From: Eledone cirrhosa
Taxonomy: Eukaryota
DNA length: 64,000 bases
NCBI GenBank assembly: GCA_964016885.1
Contig: CAXHJY010001591.1
Coordinates: 124,001 to 188,000 of the forward strand
Reading direction: 5' to 3'
The notes below the pieces were generated by a model. It was not told the DNA's origin. It saw nothing but the letters and a program-made list of their open reading frames with translations, and did not search any database. Position numbers and translations under genes: made by a program. Position 1 is the first letter of the stretch. Each line of letters starts with the position of its first letter. This document shows, piece by piece, positions 34,641 to 48,432 of the stretch.

Positions 34641-36856
34641 TAGAATAGGGAGAAGAGGAGGGTTTTAGTTTAAGCATGTGTAAAAAAAAAACAAAAAAAC
34701 AATGACTGCAGCATAGGGAAGAAAGACTGGACAAAGAGTTTTTTCATACTGTATTTGGGATATGTGACACATTGAGGGTAATAGGAGGTAAGACAATTAT
34801 GGGAGAAGTAAGCCTAGGTGGAAAGAGTGTATTGAACCTAGCATGTCTTCCTAGCATGTCTTCTTTTATCTACTTTGGTACCTTCCTCTAGATAGCACAT
34901 AGTATGTTTACACAAAAAAAAAACATTGTGCCTTCATATCTCATGTTTATGCCAGTGCAGTCATCAGCTGAAATGAGTCCACAAGGAAGCCTCTACATTG
35001 TTGTTAGAAATAGCAGCCAAATTTCTTTTAAATCACATCAAAAAGGAAGGATACAATGGACAATGTAGTCCTAGATATACAACAGATGAGCTGTTCATGT
35101 TCTTGACCCAACAAAGTAGCTTCTATGTGGTTGCTCACAAAGCAAAAAATGGCTGTAAACTTTTCCTAAAACCACACCCTATATTCTTAAAATGGAAAAA
35201 TATTTAATAATAATAGAATTTTATACATTATGTCTGAAAAAAATGGATGTTGATTTTTGGTCTGTTGAGGAAGACTGACCTTGAGCTAAACAACAACTGA
35301 CATCTGTTGAGCTAATGAGTGAGCATGTACATGGCTGCTTTCCTTGCAAATCTCTCTCAAATAACAATCTACTGTCTTCCTCATGTAGTCCTAGATAGAT
35401 TATGACTGAACAAAAAAGTTGGAGCATCTTTGATCATAGGTCAGATTGATCATGCCTGACTTAGGACTAAACACCAACAGTTCATATTTATAGATAAAAA
35501 ATGGGAACCTTAACATAGTTAACAAGACCAGCTAGAAATAGCAGCCAACCCCATTCCAATTACATCCTACTAAATTAAAAATAGAAAGGCATATTTAATA
35601 ATATGGTCTGAAAAAAAAAGGTCGGATGTTCATGGCTTGATTACCTTTAATCACACATCTACTTCATCAAGCCTGACCCAGGTTAAACTACAACCACTAC
35701 TAGCAAATGAAGAAGTCTCTACATGGTTTCTTAACTTGGCTAGAAATAACAACCGAATTTTCTCCTTCAAATTACACCCAAGCCTTAAATGATATAGTCT
35801 AAGATACTCTGTGATTCCTGACTTTTATGTAGTTGTGTTCTCTGTTGAAGTGCTATGCATTTGCAGTCATAGTCTCGTCAATCTCTGATGGATGAACATA
35901 ATGAACATTCAGAAAAAAAGATTGGATGGTGAAAGTTTGAATGATTTTGATCATGTCTTCTTGATCACGGAAGGCCTGGAGCTAAATGACAACTGCAGCT
36001 AATTTCTATTTTACTTATTTATATATAGCACAAAGGTAGCAAATTGGCAGTCAATAGGATGTTGAATTTGAAATACCTTGGTATTTATTCCAGCTCATCG
36101 CACTTTCTGTTCAAATCCCACCGAGGTCAACTTTGCTTGTCATCCTTTGGGGTCAATGAATAAAATACCAACCCAATGGTGGGGTTGATTCGTCCTGTCT
36201 CCTTCTCTGAAAGAAATCAGCTACATTCCAACTTGGAGAGGGATGTGCTCCACCAAGTTTTAAATGCCCAAGACAAGTTGTATGTCAGGACAGCACCCCC
36301 TACAACTCCATCAGGAGTTAAGAGCCATTTTTGCTTATATATGGCACCCTCCTATCAGCAATGGCACATGGCCTAGAATTAGGATTTTGGTCTCATGAAG
36401 GTCATTAGTTCAATTACCAAACCAGTTGGTGTGTTGTATCCTTTAACAAGATACTTCATTTAATATTTCTCATTCAGCTCAGTTCATTCAGCTGAAAAAA
36501 GAATGAGTAACAGTAGCTGGTAGTTAATCTTGAAACAAACTTGCATTCCATCCTGGAAGAAGTCTTGTACTTCAAGCTACTCAGTGCCAATGAAACTGGG
36601 ATAAATTCCAGCCTGACGAGTCTCTAGTCACAGGACAGACTTTAACTTTTTTAAATTAGCAAAAATACAAAATCTTTGAAAGATATATGTATTCAAGGAG
36701 CAGAAATGAAACAGGGGCTCCACTAAACCTAATTAGCCAGCACCACAAATGCAACCATATTGTCATTATTTCTATGCATGGATTGCCTCTCAATGAATTG
36801 TGTTGCCACAATCATTGTTTCTATAGATCGCCGAGGAGAAACACTTATATACAATA

Positions 36857-38324
36857 CTAGCAGATTTACCCGGCGTTGCTCGGGGTTTGAAATTATACTA
36901 AGAATATACAGCTAGGAAGTAAAAGAAGAACATTATTTGTCCCCAACCTGTCAAAATAAGCAGAAGTCTTCAATAATTAATGCAAACGAATATTTAGTGC
37001 AATCCTTGTACACATAAAACTATGCTGATAATGAAGGAAAACACTGAACAGGATGTAGTTATACAAATGATTAAAGACAATACACGTTTCAAATCTGTAA
37101 AAACACAGGCAGTTTTGCTAAAGTACAAACAGTTGTAATGAAAGCAGAGTTGTATACAAACAAAAAAACAATGAGAGTAGAATAAGAGAAAATCTATTCT
37201 TTGAGAGCATCCTTTGCTGTGTATGGTTAAATTTTTAACTTATAATCCAAAATATCCTGCATGACATATTCATTGGGATGTTTTGTAATGAGTAAGGTGA
37301 AGTCAAGGCAGAGTTGTAATAAGTTTTTTTGTTAACACTAAACCACTTCAGGATAGACGATAATCTTTGTTTTTCTTTTCGGAACAAACGCAAAGAGATT
37401 ATCTCTACTGCCAACTCGTGAGCAGGCAATGTAGAATTGTCCGTGCGAAAAGCAAGGTTCATCCAAGTGAATTCCAGCGACAGACAGAGTTTGACCGTGC
37501 GACTTTTTTATGGACATCGCAAAGGCAACACGAAGGGGAAATTGGGTTCGGCGAAAGGAGAAGGGAGTATCCACGCCTGATGTAGTCAGGCTAATTTTTG
37601 TTATTATCACATCCTCGCCTTTTCCACATCCGGATAGAATGGTAGCGTCAATACTAAGTGGAGACAGTTTTTTAACCACAAGGCGTGTACCATTGCATAG
37701 TTTTGGAGGAGTGGTATTTCTCAGCAAAATAACTGGCGTTCCCTCTTTCAGAACCAATGTATTAGGGGGTAAACCAGGAGGATTTAAAGAATTTAGAAAT
37801 TCAACTGGATAATTGACCGCATCCTGTAGATCACATACAGTATCAATAGATTTATATATCCGTGGACATCCAGGAAGAAGCTGAAGAAGCTGATCGTTAA
37901 TACAGCTAACCATGATGCGAAAATTAACACTTAATATAGTGAAAGAAGTTAAAACAACAAGTGTTTTTTTAACTTTGAAAGTGCAACAAAGAATAAACAA
38001 GAAACAAACGATAATATTAGTGATTTATCTTCAAATGAATGTGATGTTTATATCTCTGAAAAGTTGGTTATCTCCCTTTTTTATAAGGATTGTCAATAAA
38101 GTTTGTTATCTCCCTTACATCAATTTTTCTACCGATAATTTTGATATCGATTTTTTATTGCTCAACGTGGGTCGATTTGAAAAATGTTTGTGATGTGACA
38201 ATCTTAGCGACCTGTGCAACGTGCACAGAAAATTTGGTCAAATTCAGTTGGTAATTGTGAAAGCTTTAAGCATGCAAAGTTGTACACAGACACACACACA
38301 TCCTCGCTTTTATATATATAAAGA
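36857..38324 (-). mobile_element. Internally deleted Helitron carrying the C-terminal half of the Pif1-like helicase
   Basis: 5' A|TCTTTATATATATAAAAG at 38324; 3' hairpin cccgagcaacgccgggt then CTAG|T at 36857. ORF 37338-38000 has YPVEFLNSL, ILLRN...KLCNGTRL, QFPLRVAFAMSIKKSHGQT, FSHGQFYIACSRV. Confidence 0.92.
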
Positions 38325-38333
38325 TATACTAAC

Positions 38334-38435
38334 CTTGTGGGATTTTGTATCCTGTTTCATTAGGTTTCCGCAATGTTCGTAGTATATGGTCGGAATGGAT
38401 GTTGATAGCCATCCCAATAAAGAAAATAACACAGC
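38334..38435 (-). CDS. SRD5A1: SRD5A1-like coding exon 3
   Basis: Acceptor ttctttcatttatag|G; reads (G)CVIFFIGMAINIHSDHILRTLRKPNETGYKIPQ(G), matching the NIHSDxILRxLRKPxxTGYKIP family signature; donor AG|gttagt. 102 nt. Not in the ORF track. Confidence 0.95.
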
Positions 38436-38569
38436 CTATAAATGAAAGAATGTAAAAGATATTCAAATTATGAAATTTGGCAATGATTGACAGTAGAACC
38501 GATAAAATAAAGTACCAGTAATGTACTGGGTAATTGCTGGCCTTGTGCCTAACGTAGAAACAATTATCA

Positions 38570-39080
38570 TTATGATGATAATAATATATATTATGATTTT
38601 GAGGATATTGTTAAGATACATTATGATGGTAGTATATATGATGATGATAACATATACTATGATGATGGTAACAACAATATATTATGATGATGGTGGTAAT
38701 GATGATGATGATATATATATTATTGTGATGGTACTGATGATGATATATATTATGATGATAACATATTATGGTGATGGTGATGATGATGATCATCATTTTT
38801 ACATCCATATTGCCTTGCTTGCATGTGTTGGACAGGTCCTTTTCAGCACAGTATCTCTCCACTCATCACATACCTTCATCATCTCCTCTGTGAGTCTCAG
38901 TGATTTGAGATCAGCTCTCACCACCTCTGCCCATGTCTTCCTTGGTTTACCTCTACAGTGGCTTCCTATTACTGGAATGTCCTGGCTCTTCTTCACCCAA
39001 CAATCGTCATCCATGCATATCAAATGTCTGTACAAACGCAATCCTTTCTCTTGCATATCACTTTGGATTCCTCTTAACCC
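38570..39080 (-). mobile_element. (GAT/ATT)n low-complexity tract plus an RTE 3' end
   Basis: RLYRHLICMDDDCWVKK...RGKPRKTWAEVVRADL on the minus strand. Confidence 0.7.
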
Positions 39081-39117
39081 TTTAACATTTACATTACTTT
39101 ATATATACATATATATA

Positions 39118-39152
<35 letters not shown>

Positions 39153-39269
39153 ATACATATACATATACATCAATATATATATATATATATATAAATATAT
39201 ATATTGATGTATGCTGTGTGCAAGAGACTAGATGGAGAGGAGAGTCCTCTAGAGTCCTTGTAGGCAAAA

Positions 39270-42112
39270 GTCAGTGCTACAATTGGGTGGGAAATGACAA
39301 TGGGTAGATAAGGTAATCTCAGTGAACAGGGTCAGCGCAAGAATCATTAAACTCCGACTAGTCCTGAATAAAACAATTGCCACAATAATATCAGCTTACG
39401 CACCCCAATCAGGGTTGCCAGATGAACTTAAGGATAGGTTTTACAAGTTCCTAATGCACACTACTGCTCTAACAAACGACAAGGACTTCCTAATCATTGC
39501 AGGAGATTTTAACGGACACGTTAGTAAACACCGTAACAGCTTCTATAGAGTCCATGGAGGCCACGGGTTTGACACAAGAAATGAAGATGGCTTCAGGCTT
39601 TTAGAATTCTGCGACGCCAATGACATGTCGATATGTAACGCAAACTTCAAAAAACCCGACAAACATCTAATCACCTATAGATCAGGGGAGCACTCCAGTC
39701 AGATAGATTTTATCCTCATCAGAGGACGTGATAGATGGATGGGCGTAAACACAAAAGCCTTCCCTAGTGAGGAATGTACCTCCCAACATAACTTAGTTGT
39801 CAGCGACCTCACTGTCAGAACTAGACAAACTTGGAAACAGAAGCCAACCTGGAGAAGAAAGATCTGGAAACTGAAAGACTCCTCAGCCAGTAACAGATTT
39901 AAAGATATTTTACTCCTATGACAGTAAAGAAGAACAGATAGAGACATTCAATGTAGAAGAGCACTGGGAGTTCCTAAAAAATAACTTACTAAAGGCGACG
40001 GACGAGATCTGTGGTTGGAGCAAGACCACAGGAAGGAGGAGAGTGACTTGGTGGTGGAACAATAAAGTAGATGAAGCAGTTAAGGCTAAGAGACAGGCAT
40101 GGAAAGAATGGAAGAATGGGGCAAGCAAGGTACATTACATAGAGACCAGGAGGGAAGCTAGGCTACAAGTATACTTAGCTAGAAGGGAAGCGGAGGATAG
40201 AAAATTCAAGCATGTTTTGCAATGCAAGGACCAGAAACAGGAGGTGTTCAAGATTGCGAGGCAGTGTGTCAGAGAGAATTGTGATGGCATTGGAGAGAAG
40301 TGTATCCGGAATGATAAAGGTGAGCTTGCCCTAACAAGTGCTGAGAAGAAAGATGCGTGGAAGAGCCATTATGATAGATTACTAAATGAGGAGAATGCAT
40401 GGGAAAAAGAGACCCTACCCCAAGTGGACCCTATAGAGGGGCCAGCAGTACAAGTCAGCAGCAGTGTATTAAATAAGGCAATCAAAGATATGAAGATGGG
40501 GAAGGCAACTGGTCCATCGGGTATAGCTGCCAAGATGCTGAAGGCATCTGGGTCGGTAGGTCACACCATAACCACACGTATCATTAACCAGGTAATACTA
40601 GAAGGTGTCATACCAAAGGATTGGTACAGCAGCATCATTGTCAACTGCTACAAGGGTAAAGGTGATGCACTAGATAGAGGAAACTATAGAGTTATAAAGC
40701 TGATGGACCAGGTCATGAAAGTACCGGAAAGAGTTATAGCACAGTTGATTAGGGACCGGGTAAAATTAGATGAGATGCAATTTGGGTTTGTACCAGGAAA
40801 AGGCACCACTGATGCCCTCTTCCTTGTGAAGCAGTTACAGGAAAAGTACCTAGCTAAAAGGAAGTGCCGCTCTACCTGGCATTCGTCGATCTGGTAAAAG
40901 CTTTACACAGACTCCCTCGTGCTATAATCTGGTGGGCTCTTAGAAAACTAGGAGTAGATGAATGGCTTGTGAAAGCTGTACAAGCCATGTAGAGGGGAGC
41001 AGTCAGCAAAGTTAGGATTAGCAATGACTATAGCGAGGAATTTAGCATACTAGTCGGTGTCCACCAGGGCTCTGTTCTTAACCTTTTCCTGTTCATCATA
41101 GTTGGAGGAGTTTAAGACCGGATGCCCATGGGAACTCCTGTATTCGGATGATCTCGCACTTATAGCTGAATCTATGGTATAACTAGAAAAGAAATTCCAA
41201 ACATGGAAGCAGGACTGTGGGAGGGCTCTGTAGAAACAGTAGACAGCTTCTGCTACCTAGGTGACCGAATTAGCAGCGGAGGTGGGTGTTCAGAAAGTAC
41301 AATAACTAGGGTAAGAACGGGATGGAAGAAGTTCAGGGAACTACTGCCACTGCTAGCTGCAAAAGGCTTCTCCCTCAAAATGAAAGGCAGACTGTATGAT
41401 GCATGTATCCGAACAGCAATGTTACATGGAAGTGAAACCTGGGCGCTGAAGGTGGAAGACTTACGTAGATTAGAAAGAAACGAAGCCTGCATGCTCCGAT
41501 GGATGTGTAATAGTAATATACACGAACGGCAAAGTATAAACGAATTGAGAGAGAGAGACTGAGCATAAGAGGAATCAAATGCTGTGTGCAGGAGAGGAGG
41601 TTGCGTTGGTATGGGCATGTGATGCGTATGAAGGATGACAGCTGCATAAAATGGTGCAGAGCACTAGAAGTTGATGGAAGCCGCAGAGTGGGGAGACCCA
41701 AGAAGACCTGGGATGAGGTGATAAAAGCCGACCATACCCAATTGCACCTCTCAAAGGCGATGACACACGACTGTTACCTCTGGCATCACGCAGTAATACA
41801 GAAGACCCAACTTCCCACGGGTACAAGCCGAAGCTGAAGCATATAGACAATATGCTCCCACACCCTCCCACTGCAAAAAAGCACCCAGCCCACATTGTAA
41901 AGTGGACGTGTAGGCGCCATGGAAAAAAAGCACCCAGCACTCACTGTAAATGAGGTTGGTGTTAGGAAGGGAATCCAGCTGTAGAAATCAAGCCAGAATC
42001 AGTTCCATATGAGCATGACGAGGTCAGCCGACTGGACACTGCCCACAACAGGACAACCCGTCTAACCCATGCTAGCATGGAAGAACGGGCGTAAAACGGT
42101 GATGATGATGAT
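39270..42112 (+). mobile_element. RTE-clade LINE (APE endonuclease plus RT) with stops and an internal deletion
   Basis: ISAYAPQ, IAGDFNGHV, SQIDFIL, SQHNLV (APE); RT motifs at 40500-41170; deletion at ~41215 (KQGL joined to WEGSVET); 3' UTR and (GAT)n tail. Confidence 0.95.
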
Positions 42113-42339
42113 ATATACTATTGTATTTTCGCAATAAAGGCTTTATCTGACATAATTACCTCACATAATATTGAATCTATGAGATTTTGATATTATTTAT
42201 TTTGAGAACAATACCTTAACATCAGTATGAGCTGCCAGTTACAGCCAATTTGAACAGAAAAAGGTGAGAAAATTCTCACTGGATACGACCGGTTTAAATG
42301 CTAAAGGGTTAAACTCAGTTTGACTTATTCTCTAGTCTT

Positions 42340-43850
42340 TTTTTATGGATTCAGTTATTAAGGTCCAAATTATCCTCATAGAGAAGTTCCCATGGACAGC
42401 CAATCTTAAACTCCTCTGTTATGGCCTGAAGAATTATGATGAACAATAGTGGGCTGAGAACTGAACCTTGATGAACTCCTACTTGCACCTTGAATTCCTC
42501 ACTGAACTCACTTCCTATCCTCACTTTACCGACAGCTCTTCTGTACATGGCTTGCACTGCTCTCGCAAGCTATTCTTCTACACCTAATTTTCTTAAGGAC
42601 CACCAAATAACAGATCGAGGTACTCTATCAAAGGCCTTATCTAGATTAATAAAAACTAGATATAGCAGTTTATTCTTTGCTAGGAACTTCTCTTGTAGTT
42701 GTCTCACTAAGAAGACAGCATCTGTAGTACTTTTCCCAGGCATGAAACCATACTGCATCTCATCTAATTTGACTCTTTCCTTAATTAACTGCACTATAAC
42801 TCTTTCTATCACTTTCATAACTTGGTCGATTAGTTTTATTCCTCTGTAGTTGCTCTTTTCTAGAGCATCACTTTTACCCTTGAAGCAATTTATGATTGTA
42901 CTACTGCGCCAGTCATTGGGTATGACTCCTTCCTATATTACCTAATTGGCTATACAGGTTACTAGATTGGCTCCTACTTCTCCCAATACTTTTAGTATCT
43001 CAGCAACTATCTCTGATGGTCCCATGGCTTTACCATTCTTCATCTCTTTGATTGTTTCTTTGATCCTATAACTGTTAATTTCAATAGCTGGTCCCTCTGT
43101 AGGGTTAGTTGGGGCAAGTCTCTCTTCCTCCTATTTATTCTCTACATTCATCACCCTCTCATCGTAACATTTCCAGGCCACTTTATTTTGAGTATCTGTG
43201 GTACTAAGTGCACCAGTCTCATTTCCAACACACTTTTCCCCAACAACATCCTGATTCAAACTGACAGACTGCCTTACAGTATGGAACACTTCATACCTCT
43301 GATCCTCATGTCACAAGACATTGGCAAACTTTCTTTCTTCAGCCTCTCTCTGAACTGTGTTTGCCTGTTGTCTAGTTTCTCTCTTAGCTATCTGGTAACG
43401 GTCTCTGCTCCCCTCCATTTTTTTAGTCTTTCCACATCTGTCTCATAGCTGTAATGGCTCTATCCGCTGTGCTGTTCCACCACCAGGCCACCCTCTGTTT
43501 GACAGTGCTCCAGCCACATGTCTCATCAGTAGTTCACTATAGGCTATCACTAATAATTTCTAATTGTCCTCTATGTCATGTATTTAACTTGGCAGAGTTT
43601 AATGAGAAAGGACAGCAATGTGTTCAGCTGTGGTAGAACCACATCTAGTCAAGCTTTGTAACTTCAAATGCATCCTGTAGGGCCTTTCTAAACCTATATT
43701 TAACAGAAAGGTCTTTTAGCTTGCAAACCTTCTGTTTTCATATTTTCCTGCATATTTTGTTCTGTCTTGTGTTTTTCCTAATGTCACCAATAACTAACTT
43801 GTGTTGGATGGCACGTTCTTCCCTGGGGAAGACCTTAAAATGTATTACTG
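42340..43850 (-). mobile_element. RTE-clade LINE fragment (diverged subfamily)
   Basis: QYGFMPGKSTTDAVFLVRQLQEK, LDKAFDRV, QGSVLSPLLF, LLYEDNL. Confidence 0.9.
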
Positions 43851-44042
43851 TCTGTCGATGATAATATATTATAATGATGATGATGATGATATATGATGAT
43901 CATCATCATCATCATGATATGTTCTATTGTGATGGTTATGATGATAATATATTATTATTATGATAATGATGGAGATGATAATATATTATGGTGAGATTGG
44001 TGATGATATATATTATTGTGATAGTAATGATAATGATAATAT

Positions 44043-44080
<38 letters not shown>

Positions 44081-44249
44081 AACATATATTATGATGATGT
44101 GTGTGAGGTGAATTGGCAGAATCAATAAAGAGACAGACAAAATGTTTTATGCTATTCAGTTTCTTTCTTTTATGTCTATGTTCAAATTCCAATGGAGTCA
44201 ACTTTGCCTTGCATCCTTCATGGGCATTGATAAGATAAGTACTATACCT

Positions 44250-44680
44250 TCTTCTTCTTCTTCTTCTTCTTCACCCACTTATTCCTGAGAGGACTGTGGC
44301 AGCAGAGTCCTTAGACACACCTTCTAGGAGCTGCTATCAGAAGTAACTATCTCCAAATGATTTGGTTGGATACTCAAGTGAGGCCAGCTGACCTTATGGA
44401 TGTTATCCAACCATCTTGCTCATGGTCTACCTCTGGGTCTCTTGATGGTTGGCTATGCCTGTAAAAATTGTCCAGTGCTTATTTCTTTAGACATTCTAAC
44501 CACATGCATGTTGTACCAGAGCTGTGATCTCTTGATGCAGAGAAGCAATGGCTCTTCCTGGACTGACACCCTGATATCCCAGCTATGCACCCTATCGAGT
44601 AACATTACTCTAAAGGCCCTTCAGAGGAACTCCATTTTGGCCACTTATATTCATGATTATGTTCTATACGATCCTTCACA
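44250..44680 (-). mobile_element. RTE-like LINE 3' end with a (GAA)n tail
   Basis: Minus strand contains the RPRGRP motif (agacccagaggtagacca); (CTT)n tract at 44248-44272. Confidence 0.55.
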
Positions 44681-45738
44681 ATTCATGAACATGCTTAAGT
44701 TAGAAATCCTTAATGTGATGATAATATATGTGGGTACATATATACATTTGTATTGTCCTACCCATGCTAAAGTGGAAGATGGACGTTAAACAATGATGAT
44801 GATGATAATGATGGTGTGTGTGTGGGTTGCTTCTTTTGTTAATATCAGATCAAGATGACCTATGACTGAGCTGATCAAAGGAATTCAAGTTTTGACCATG
44901 TTTTCTTTTATTTTCGGGCAGGGTACCCCAAACTACATTTTCTAAATGGAATTCCTATGTACTGGTGGAAGGAAATTCTCTACCAAGCTGGCATGAAGAT
45001 CCACAGAATAAAAAAGGATTACATATGGTCTTTGATAAATAAGCAGCAGCACAGGGTACTACAGATCAGGAGGCTAGGAGTTAAACCACAATGCCAAGGA
45101 AATCCATTCTATTGGTTCAGCTGAGAAATTTATAGAGGGCAACTAAGCTTTGAGGCACTCAACCACCCTGGAAGGTGTAGGTTTGAATCCAGTCAGTGGC
45201 AAAAATAGCAACAGCAGAAGTGCATCCAAAGCAGTAGCATGCAGAGGAAAGGGCAACAGTGCATTGGCCCAAGGCATCCTTTGGATGGGGGCATCATTTA
45301 GGGAAAATAACTTATTAAATTTGATTGATTTATATTAAAATCGAATAAAGCGTTTATTTCATGTTTCATTTGTGTTTATATATTCAAAATGTTTTCTTTT
45401 CTCATAATATTTCTCAGTATATTAGGCCTTATACTTGAGTTTTGGGGCATACAATCAAGATCTGCCCCGGGCATCACCAGAGCTCTGCACGCCACTGATC
45501 CAAGGACATGACCTATGACCTAGATAGAATTAAGGGACAAAACAATTTGAAGACTTTCTGCTATCTTGTTCTTCCCAGAGGTTCTTACTCCCACAACATG
45601 TCCTTCATGTTTTTTTGTTTATATAAAGTGTGGTTTGAGAGAAGTTTGGTTACTATTTCATGCCTGTGTGCTGTGTGTGGTATTGTCATTATGTAAACAA
45701 GAATTGTAAAAGACAACCAAAAGTCCTGTTTAACAAAC

Positions 45739-45905
45739 CTAATATGAACTGTAAACTGTAGAGCCAGTCAGATGGGTAGGTTAAATACTTTGCAAGTGAG
45801 CGAGCTTGTATGTAGGAATTGAAGAAACAGAAGATAAATGCTAAAGCGACTACCAACAGGGGTGATGGTTTACCTCCACGGATCATTATTGGGTAGATAC
45901 AGGTC
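45739..45905 (-). CDS. SRD5A1: SRD5A1-like coding exon 2
   Basis: Acceptor ttctttcatttgcag|G; reads (R)TCIYPIMIRGGKPSPLLVVALAFIFCFFNSYIQARSLAKYLTYPSDWLYSLQFIL(G); donor AG|gtttgt. 167 nt, in frame with exon 1. Confidence 0.93.
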
Positions 45906-48432
45906 CTGCAAATGAAAGAAGGTAATTGTTAAGTGAAACAACAGGTGTATCTTTTGGTTGTTATTGTTGTTATGAGATATTATAATGTCATGGTGTTACT
46001 TATTAAAGAAAGGATTGCTTGTAGGAAAAAGGGGCTGTAATAAGAAAGATGGTATATATCATTATCATCACCATCATCATCATTTAATGTTCATTTTTTT
46101 CCTACTAGCAAGAGTTGGACAGGCTGTCACAGATCAAGTCAGTACTTGAGCAGAGCTACAGATCTCTCAGATGGGCAAGGAGCCTGTATCTTTCTTACAT
46201 ATGTTTCAGCACTTTACGGGTGCTCAGATGGGATGGGGGGGGGGGGGGGCATCATGCTTACATGTATTCAGGCACACTACCAAGTGTATTTTATTGTGGT
46301 GCCATCATTTGAGAAGTTATCATGTCTTTGACACAGCTAAAGAGTTCTCCCAACTCTTTATTTGGCAGGTTTTTTATGGCTGGATGACCTTCCTATTACC
46401 AACCACTTTATAGAATCAGAATAGAACCCGCAGCCTGTCAGGGAGGTCAGTAGCCCTGCTTTAGTACAGACTCGATTTAAGAAGACCCATCCAACCCTAA
46501 CTGGCAGGGAAAGTGAATGATGATGATGACAATGATGATGATGATGTACTCCCTAATATCTATCCTTATCATTATACACCCCATCGATGAACCCTTCCTA
46601 AAATCCTGACACACTGGTAAGTATCCCTCTTCTACACTATTGACCACCCTATCCATCCCCCCTCTTCTATTACCCCCTAGTAGCTATTCTCCCCCTGCCC
46701 TGGTGACTACCCACCTACACTATCAGTGGAAAGGTTGGCATCCTTACTCTCCTACTCATCACTTTGTCAAATCTCACCACAGTTGTCATACACCCATAAC
46801 ATCATTCTTATCTTTCTCCACAGACCCCCCTACCCCACTGTAGGGCAGAGAGGTGATTGACAATAGGAAGAGTATCCTTGCTGTCGAAACCATGCTGAAA
46901 AGAATGGAGAGGAACCTTTAGTTGTGTCAACGGTGCAACAACCTCTCTACTGTTGGTGCTCTACATGATAAGCGCACCCAGTACACACTGTAAAGTGGTT
47001 AGCGATAGGAGGGGAAGCCAGTCATAGAAAACTTGCTAAATAAAAGGTTGGGAGGATACTTCAGTTGTGTCAAAGACAATAGCCTCTCTAGTGGTAGTGT
47101 CATGATAAAATAAACTTGGTAGAGTGTGGGATCGTATGTAATCGCGATGCCAGCCCCCAACCCATCTGAGAAGTCAGTAGCCCCACTTGAGTATTGACTT
47201 TGTGAAGACATGCTCAAACCTTGCCAGCAGGTAAAGCAAACGTTAAATGATCATGATGATGATGATGGTGTGTGTGTGTGTGTGATAGATTTTGTTTTCA
47301 GTAGACAAAAAGGCCTTTTAGTATTTAGTTGCAAACCATTACATTATTAGTTCAAATCCCACCATGGCCAACTCTGCCTTTCATCCCTCCAGGGTCAAGA
47401 AAATAAAGTATCAGTTAAGTACTGGGAAATTTTAAATGAATAATCAATCCTCCAAATTTGTAAAGTTGTTATGTGGCCCCGGGTTGAACGTGAATGAGCC
47501 AATTTATTATCAAAGGCATTCCAACTGTGACCACATTTTTTTTTTCGGGAGGTGAGTAGAACTACATTATCTAATACATTGTTTTCCAAAGTGGGCGGTG
47601 CTTTGATATCTGGGGGCGGTTGGGGGGGGGGGGCGACAGTGTAGTATTAAAAAAAGAAAAAAACAACCTATTTATTGTTTAAATTTTAAACAATAAATAG
47701 CTTCTTTTTTTCTTTTTTTTACAAATATATTGCATATGTATATTAAGCATTTATAATAAAGACATCTACTATATAAATTTGAAGTGGTCGGACGTTGTAT
47801 GTGTAGGTGTAGTCGGATAAACGTCGAAACGGCTTGGTGGAATGCAGCGAAAATTTAGTTATGCAGAATGACCCGAGGATGCGTTGGGTCGACTTTCAAG
47901 CTACAAGCTTCCATGGTTACGGAGAAAATCGATGGAACAGGAATTTCCTATTCAAATTTAACTGAGAGTAATCTGTGAACGCAGAAGTAAATATTTTGAG
48001 AAACGTTACAACCGAACGAAAACAGGAAGACGATGTTTTGGTTCGTGAAAACGTTCCCTGGCAATGAACGGAAAAAATCGAGGATAATACGTCGTTATGT
48101 GGACCATGAAGAACAATTTCATGCAAAGACTAAGTTTATGGTATAAATGGAGTCGTTAGACTAATATTCTATTTAAAATAACAGAATGATTTCCAGCCCC
48201 GGAGTTTAAGAATGATGTAAATAAAATTGAAAACGAAAATGACAGAGGTTATTAAAATAGTAAAAGTAAATAGTGAAGATTTAGGCCAGTACATACGTAT
48301 GCCAAGACGGACATACACATACATATGCACACACAAATACATACACCCCCCCCCCCCACACACACACACGCGCGCGCGTATGTATAAACCTTATGCATTT
48401 GTACAGTATTTTCACCAAACTTAAGACATAGG

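Noticed and set aside
36060-36100. ATACCAAG|gtattt resembling the end of SRD5A1 exon 3
   Set aside because: Lies within a SINE; the true exon 3 with the full motif is at 38334-38435.
36610-36640. CTGACGA-gtc...gac hammerhead-like start
   Set aside because: No GAAA box or stem I/III partner; lies at the end of a SINE-like repeat.
38521-39207. 228-aa ORF
   Set aside because: Runs through a SINE tail, (GAT)n low-complexity sequence, the antisense strand of an RTE end and (TA)n.
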